A DNA stretch of 63,396 bases, the filler included, from Sluysia triapertura (lineage: Eukaryota), in assembly GCA_046118255.1 (NCBI GenBank). It is 5 parts of 5 records of this genome, joined end to end, with 100 filler letters (N's around TTAATTAATTAA, not from the genome) between each part and the next. Parts side by side here need not be neighbours in the genome. Positions count along the whole stretch, not along the records: positions 52,200 to 63,396 come from JBJNIA010187513.1; 4 more parts are not named here. One strand, written 5' to 3'. The translations under genes and the position numbers were made by a program. This document shows, one piece after another, positions 56,105-63,396 of the stretch. Numbering within the stretch: the first letter of the stretch is position 1; every line of letters begins with the position of its first letter. The notes under the pieces are model-generated. The model saw only the letters and a program-made list of their open reading frames with translations, did not search any database and was not told the origin of the DNA.

Positions 56105-56316
56105 AATTTTTGATGGGTTTATATATTATAAATTCTATTTTAAAAATATATAGATAATGATCAGATGTATCTAATAGTTCATTCACTTTTATATCAATTA
56201 AAGAAAATATCACATTCGAAAATTTACTGGTAATGAAAGGGCTAAGCTTATTGTTCATTCATAGAATTTAACAATGGTATATTGTACTTAATTTCGTACA
56301 GAAAAGTGAAAAAAAT

Positions 56317-56663
56317 TTTCCAAATGGGAAGAAGATCACATGTAACACCTTATCTTAAGGAATTGCATTGGTTGCCAATAAAAGCAAGAATAGAATTCAA
56401 AATCATGACATTAATTTACAAATGTTTACATTACTGAAGTCCTAAATATCTTATAGAAATAATAAAAAATTTCGAAACCAATACAGAATTCACACTAATA
56501 ATAAGCCAGGTGATGGTATGTTTCAAAAATATACAACCAGCTACCATAGGATGTCAAATTACTGGAATATTATGAAATATTTAAGAAAAGGAAAAGTTTT
56601 TTCTGTTTCATAAATATTATAATGAATGATTTATTTTAAGCGCTTATGAGTACTTTTTTGCAG
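56317..56663 (+). mobile_element. L2/CR1-group LINE 3' end, copy 3
   Basis: HVTPYLKELHWLPIKARIEFKIMTLIYKCLHY*SPKYL, with the same 3'UTR as copy 2. Confidence 0.88.
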
Positions 56664-57719
56664 TAGTTATATTAATAGTTATACATTTATATAATTACAT
56701 ATTAATATATAACTAGTTTTATATTAATACAAATTAATTTATAATAATAATAATTATTATTATTATTATTATCTTCATCATCAATATTAAATATATGTGG
56801 ATGCACTCTCTTGGTTATGTAACGAATTGAATTATACTTTTATGTGCTGAAAATTATAACTTAATTTGATGTATTTATCGTTATATTAAGGTTATTTAAA
56901 ATTGAAAATTCATTCTATAATATCTTTTATAAATTTAATATTTCCCTATAATTCTAATATATGGCCAATTATGTATGCATGTAATTTTTATTTATTATAT
57001 GATAATTTCTCCATTATAATAGTTTAAGCTGTAAAGTCGGCTATACAATTTATTTATGCAGATTTTGGTTTTTTTAATTTTTCATGATTTTTGTCTTTTT
57101 CGTTGATTTTGTGGTCTTAATGATTTCTTGTTAAATTTTGGTGTTGGTAATCTGATTGAAGGGTATATTACACAAAGAATAGCCGAGCTTTGATAAATAA
57201 AAAGGATAGGTATCAGGTTCATTTAAATGAACAGAATGTTGTGAAGTACATGAACCTATTATTGAATAAGGCTGTTGTGGTATAATTTGAAAGTTACTAT
57301 TTATAATTTTTAATTTGAAATTCTATATTTATTAACTAATTATGTTAAATTATTTATTTTTAATATTACATAAGATTTGAAGTTTTTTTTTGATCTGTTT
57401 AATAAAATTTGACTCAATCTTATAATCAATGAAACAATAACAAAATTTAACATCTATTTTATTCACCTTTATAAAAATTTCAACATTTAAATTTACACTT
57501 TGTTCCACGTTAATCATTTACTGGGCATGTCTCGGCAACAGTTTTTCTAAACTCCCGGAAAAAATAAAGGATATGAATATTTATAGTAATAATAATATAG
57601 TCAGAATTAAAAATCAAAATTACTTTTGAATCATGTTCGTTGTCATTGTAAGCGCGGACTGTTGTCAAAAATAATACCACTTCGTGGATCCTATGATGGT
57701 GATTTGTCAAGTCTACGAT

Positions 57720-57830
57720 TTCGGGCGTATCATGTGAATACAAACAAGTACTGCCGAATCTTGAAGACTTCCCACTTTTGGCCGTACTGTATAGGCATAA
57801 ACCGGACTTAATACATCGAGAGTCTTGATC
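57720..57830 (-). pseudogene. Degenerate CCCH zinc-finger fragment
   Basis: KSGLCLYSTAKSGKSSRFGSTCLYSHD matches Cx8-Cx5-Cx3-H with the second Cys lost. Confidence 0.45.
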
Positions 57831-57899
57831 ATACGATTGAAGATTGTTGTCCTTTTTTGTTGTGTACAAGAGTGATGGAACCATTTGAATTCAGGTTGA

Positions 57900-59006
57900 A
57901 AAAAATATCAGGATCAATGATGAAGTGTATCTGTTTGTGTAACTTTATCAGAGTAAAAGTTTGAGATTCCAAGTCTAATGTTTGAGATTCGTACGAAAAG
58001 TAGTTTGTAGTATTTAACTTCAATTCACAATCACTAATTTTATTTTCGATATGCGTCAGTACAATTTCATGTCGCAATCCGGCTTTCATCGATAATCCTT
58101 GAATTGTATCTAATACTTTGCAAGCTTCAATCATTTGTTTATTTATAGGACGTTCATTGATAACAATAACTGTATTACAATAAGATGGCTTAAACGGCGT
58201 CGACAGAGTAATGATCGGAATGTATGAATTATTACGGCATTACTTTCTTTTATGTTATCTTTAAATTTTATATCTAACTTCGTCGTTTCTGACTCATTAT
58301 CAAAATTCGGTATCATTTGAACTCAAAATATCGAAATAACTTTATTAATTTGTCATAACATTCATAATCAAATAACTCTGCAACAGATTTAAATATTATA
58401 TTTGAACATACAGTAGCACTTTCATATAATACTTTCTTTCATATAGCACTTTCATTTAATATTTTCTTCCAATCATAATTATCTTTAAGAAACTTTAATA
58501 AATCACTCAATAAAGTTGCATGACTTGATTTTTTGTACAATCCAGTAAGTTGTATTGTATTTTTATTGACTTCATTCACGCCATTGACGTAACTCATATC
58601 ATTCAACGTTGGCATAAACGTAACCATCATGACACTTCATCATTTTTTGTTCTTTACATTCACCGTAAAACGACAAAGCTGGTAGACATTTAGTATGAGC
58701 CTGTTTTAACAAATATTCCATTTCAGAATAGACAGTAGATAAAACAGCAATTACTTTATTAAGAATCTTAATATCAGAATTAACCAAGCTAAGAAATGTA
58801 GTAGACTCATGACAACCATAATTCATTTTAATTTGTTCGGAATAAGCATCAATATTAAATTTTCCATAGTCTTCATGAACATCTATTTGTTCATCTATAT
58901 GTTTATTAAATTCGGATAAAAATTGTTAATATTTTCGCTTAACATTTTCTTCAGTTGATTTGAATGAACCATCGTTGGGTTTTTCAGAGTTCCTTTCGTT
59001 ATACAT
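57900..59006 (-). pseudogene. WASHC4: WASH complex subunit 4 (SWIP/KIAA1033) N-terminal pseudogene
   Basis: NDGSFKSTEENVKRKY*QFLSEF (cf. [23 protein letters not shown]); ESTTFLSLVNSDIKILNKVIAVLSTVYSEMEYLLKQAHTKCLPALSFYGE (cf. [50 protein letters not shown]); IQLTGLY. Stops and frameshifts present. Confidence 0.85.
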
Positions 59007-62000
59007 ATTACAATATATCTTATTCCTTCATCCTCAAGAAATAGTTTTTAAATAAAATTTCAATATTTTAATTTTAGCGTATTCTAAATTTTGTACTTCA
59101 TAAATTGTTGTCTGAGCTGCTTCTAAAAATAGACGGCTGTGTAACCATGATTGGTTGTTCAACCAGAGAGTAAGACAAGATAGCAATGTTAATTCTGGTT
59201 GGATAACCAAAGGAAGCACAGAATTAGTAATTACGATAACCAGCTGTCAGTGATTGACAGTAAGTAATATTGATACTATTGTGTTTGATATTAAAATAAT
59301 GAAGTGTCTGGAATAGTAATAATCAAAATGGCGATGGTAATAATAAAAATGGTTCCAGTGATAATAATAATAAAAATAACAAAAACACAATCTTTCTGTT
59401 GTTTCTTTTTCTTATTCTGGACATATTAAAATTTTTAAAAGGAACTTTATATAATAGTTACTGAGATATATAATGTAACGAGAATTGATGGAAGAATGTT
59501 TGAAGAGGGTAATACGTAACTGAAGATGTTAAAGAAGTAGTAATTTGCTTGCAATGTCCAAAATGATTTCAGAGTATTAATTTAATGTCTTCAATGGTAT
59601 TAGAGATTGAGTGTTAATGATTCTAAACTTGAAATATTTTGAATTAAATTTTAAGACGTAATTTTTAAGCGAAATATTCGTTAACATGTCGATTGGCTCA
59701 TGAGTTATGATTAATTAATATTATTTCAAAAATTAATTCTTTCAAACATTAATGCTTCGAAAGCTAAATTTTAAGGCAAAATTGAGATTTATTACAATTT
59801 GTTAAAAATAAGTTAGGGGAATAAATTAACATTTTTTGAGGTGAAATATAGCGAGAAAATTAATAAGAAACAATTTAGAAAAGTAATTAAAGAAATTTAC
59901 ACAAGTATCAGGGTTATACACATTGCCTACTTTGGATTGGTAGACAGGTGTCACCTAGAGGTTGTACCCAAGCATTATTGATGAATTCACTTCCGAATGA
60001 CATGGTTTGGCATTTATTTTGGTTATAAATTTTACTATTATTTTCAATTAAATAACTTTCACAATAAGTATTATTTGGGTATTAGTCGATTACATTATGA
60101 AAATTGTTTAGATTAGAGACAATCGTAAACATAAACTTTTATAACATCGTTACTTCCGCATACATTGCTAACATCTTCAAGTTTTAGCATCATTTTGTAC
60201 TTCAAAACTTAGTTTTTGAAAACCGTAATAAATTTTTTAATTGCCCCTTTTTTTGTCACGTTATTTTTTGCAACCATATTTTGTGCCTATGTTTGAATTT
60301 TATTGGCTACCTGACATTTTATTCTGTATTTGATTTGTTTGATTCATTCTTTCGATTACAATCATTGTTTCTTTTTAGAAATGTTTAACTCGCGGATTTT
60401 TAGCCAATCTCATTATATTGGCACGGATCAAGGTAGCTGAAAAAGATGTGTAATTATTTTAGTAGCCAAATTGGTTTTACTTTTAATGATAAAAATATTA
60501 CTATTATTATTATAATTATCATTATTACTATGGTATGATTATTAACAATGACCATTGTATTGATATTGATGTAATCTCGTTTAAATTTAATCAAATATAT
60601 GAATTAAATAATAATAATAATACTAATAATAATTTGGTGTTCATTATTTAACCTGTCGAAATTATTCATATACGCTATTGAAAATTCGTTAAACACATCT
60701 TCAATCAGGAATAAGTTAAACTATTCATACATGTTTCTTTCTGTTAATTTGTTATTGTTTATTGATTTATAACTTTTGAAAAACTTAATTTTTTAGATTT
60801 GAATAGTTTCGTAATTTCGAAATAAATCTTTCATTTTCTTTCGAAACTTTGCGAAGTTCATTTTCAAATTTGATAATTTCGTATGTCATAAATTATGTAT
60901 TTTTTCTTCTTGAATTTTGTGTTTTTTGACATGTGAAGCCAAATTTACTGATAAACTCTCCTGAACAATTTGCACTTTGATCTGTTCGAAATTTGTGTTT
61001 ATAATTTTATCGATTAAATCAATATTTAAACGATACATTGAATTGAGAAGATAATTTTATTTCTTGTTGATACGCAATTGAGGATCCTTATTGTTCTCGA
61101 TGTTATTTCGGAGATATTAGACATGACTTGAATTGGTTGAGTTGTATTAAGTTTATTAGAAGTTAAATAATCTTCTTTCGGAGTTTCAAAAGGTGTGTTT
61201 AAGTCTTTAAACGATTGCATATTTGTTTAATATTTTGTGAGTTAAATATGATATGTTTATTTTTGTTTGGTGAAGTTTTAAGTGATAGGTTTGAACCGTC
61301 ATAAAGGTGTTAATTTTGCAATGTTATTCTTCTTTAATAATTCGAAGTCTTTCTTTAACATTTTCTATTTGTTTTGTTTACATTTACTAATTCAGAATTT
61401 AATTTAACTCTTATCAATTCTTCTTAATAAGCTTTTATTATTTTAGTTAATTGTTGATTTTCTAATTCCAGTGTTTTTGTTTTTAAATCATTTTATTCAG
61501 TGTTTCTCTTAGATGAAGACTTTCAGAATCTTTGATTGTTCATTTTCTTTAAAGTCAACATTAGTATTTGTTACATTATCATAATCATATGTTAAGAGTA
61601 TAATGAATTGCGTTAAATTGTAAAGAGAATTACTTGGTGTTCAATTTGAAACATTCGGAACTGTACTTTCGGTATTTTGATGTACTAACTTTTTATTTAA
61701 AGGCGTTTTTGGTGTTGACTGAGATATTTCTATTTCTCTCTTAATTCTGATAGTATTAACATTAAAACTTTGTGGTTACACGAATTTTTATATTTTGTTC
61801 CATTTTATTAGATTTCGTTCATTGTTTCAGGTGCAGTGTGTGATTTTCGATTATCCTACGGACGTTCGTTAAACAAAAAAGCAAAAATTGTGTCAATCAA
61901 TCGAAGTAAAGATGCGGCAAATAAAGTAAGTTATGTTACTATATAATAATGAAACTTAAATTAATGTTTGAATATTGGCAATATAATTCTACTTTCAAGT

Positions 62001-62369
62001 GTGAATAACGAAACTCAATCCTGAACATTATCAGAAATTCATCTAAATTACTTAAGCTTAATTTTGTCACGTTTTTTTCTTTATTTCTTGTTGCACTTTC
62101 CTCAGATTGTCGTCGATTTTGTGAAATATACAAATTATGCTTCTATGTAGCCGTCTCTTTGTATTTGAGTTGTATTTGCTACGGCGAATGAAGAAAAAAT
62201 TTACATTTAAATGATTAACATGCAACAATTATAAAACTAAATCAGAATAATTTTAAACAATTAATATTAAACGTTGTATAAAATTGACGAATAAGAGTTC
62301 TTTAATTATTAGTAAGTATATACTAAGTTTAATGATTGTAGTCTAATTTTAATTTAAGTGTTATTACAT

Positions 62370-62540
62370 TAATAATAATATAATATAATATAATATAATA
62401 TAATAATTATAATAATAATACTAACATCATCATTATCATCATCATCATCATAGTGGCAGTAGTCTTCGCAGTTAAACTAAATATTCTCACATCATTGTCG
62501 TCGTTGTGTACATTATCGTATCGTCATTGTGTTGTCATTT
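62370..62540. repeat. Compound TAA/CAT/GTC trinucleotide tract between two divergent decayed coding regions
   Basis: Directly visible; coding-like remnants run left from about 62180 (-) and right from ATG 62653 (+). Confidence 0.8.
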
Positions 62541-63396
62541 AATCCAATATTAAAATTTATAAAACTGTTTGCTTTACCTTTGTTATAATTTTAAAATTTC
62601 ACTTTTTGGTGCTTTTTTAAAAATTCATATAATTTAATACGTTAAATTAATAATGACACTTCAGGTAAAATCGAAATTAATTACGACATGTTCAAAGTTA
62701 GCTGAAGTGATAAATCTTCGCAGAAATAAGATTAATGGAATTTGTAAATCCAGACTATATTAAGAGTTCATGTAGTTTCAATTTCAGGAATTAGGATGTA
62801 AGAGAGATTTGTAAATGTATTGTATCATATTTTTTGAAAAATTGGACATTTCTGAATCTTTTACTTCATATTAAGTTGTCAAAATTTAATGATTAAAAAC
62901 TATGGAGATTATGTGCTCCTCTTGTTGAGCACTGTACATCATTTTCTTTACGTAATCTAGGTAAATTATTAGATGGAATTTGTCTTAATGTTCTGATGAT
63001 TATTTATGCATTTTGCGAAGTATCGAACGTTCGTGATGTCAAAAATCTCATGAGTGATGTGCCTATCGTTATTCAGCAAATATTTTAGTAAATATTTACT
63101 CAGTTATTATTAATCAAACTGTTGTATTAGTTTTATATGCAGATCGTTTCCCTCAAATTTTGAAATTAACATTTCCAATTCAAAAGTCAAGCATCAGTTT
63201 ACTCAATAAGCGTCGAAAAATACCAAATGAAGATTTTAATCTAATAATATAGGAATCGAAATAAATTCCTGCTTTGTGTTACTAATCGATATTAAGGTTT
63301 AAGTAAATCTTAGTCATGACATTAAGATTTTGCTATAACGAAAGTACAGTTATCAACGATTATTTTAACTTATACCAAATGTGCGTTTACGAGTAT

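Noticed and set aside
28220-59006. Stop-codon reassignment, RNA editing or programmed frameshifting as the explanation for interrupted conserved genes
   Set aside because: Lesions include all stop types, frameshifts, lost catalytic residues and whole-block deletions, and the nicotinamidase exons read cleanly in the standard code.

Overview
Very AT-rich eukaryotic DNA, most likely an invertebrate metazoan (spliceosomal GT-AG introns, EF-hand-type nicotinamidase, L2 LINEs, Tc1/mariner, hAT and piggyBac MITEs). The window is not continuous: five blocks of about 11-13.5 kb are joined by artificial 100-bp N/TTAATTAATTAA/N linkers. Most listed ORFs are noise. The only clearly intact recognisable coding exons belong to a partial nicotinamidase gene (47224-48310), plus one unidentified 393-aa ORF. 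The most striking pattern is a dense set of decayed copies of normally single-copy conserved genes (METTL4-like, MCM-like, PRIM1, 14-3-3, WASHC4, CCCH-finger, cadherin, LDLa and EGF fragments). They carry stops, frameshifts and internal deletions, and many keep a TAA/CAT trinucleotide tract upstream. A second notable element is an HSE-CCAAT-TATA-Inr heat-shock promoter cassette in three copies with no recognisable Hsp gene downstream; two copies sit back-to-back in a degenerate ~2-kb inverted duplication. All protein identifications are by-eye motif recognition, not database searches.
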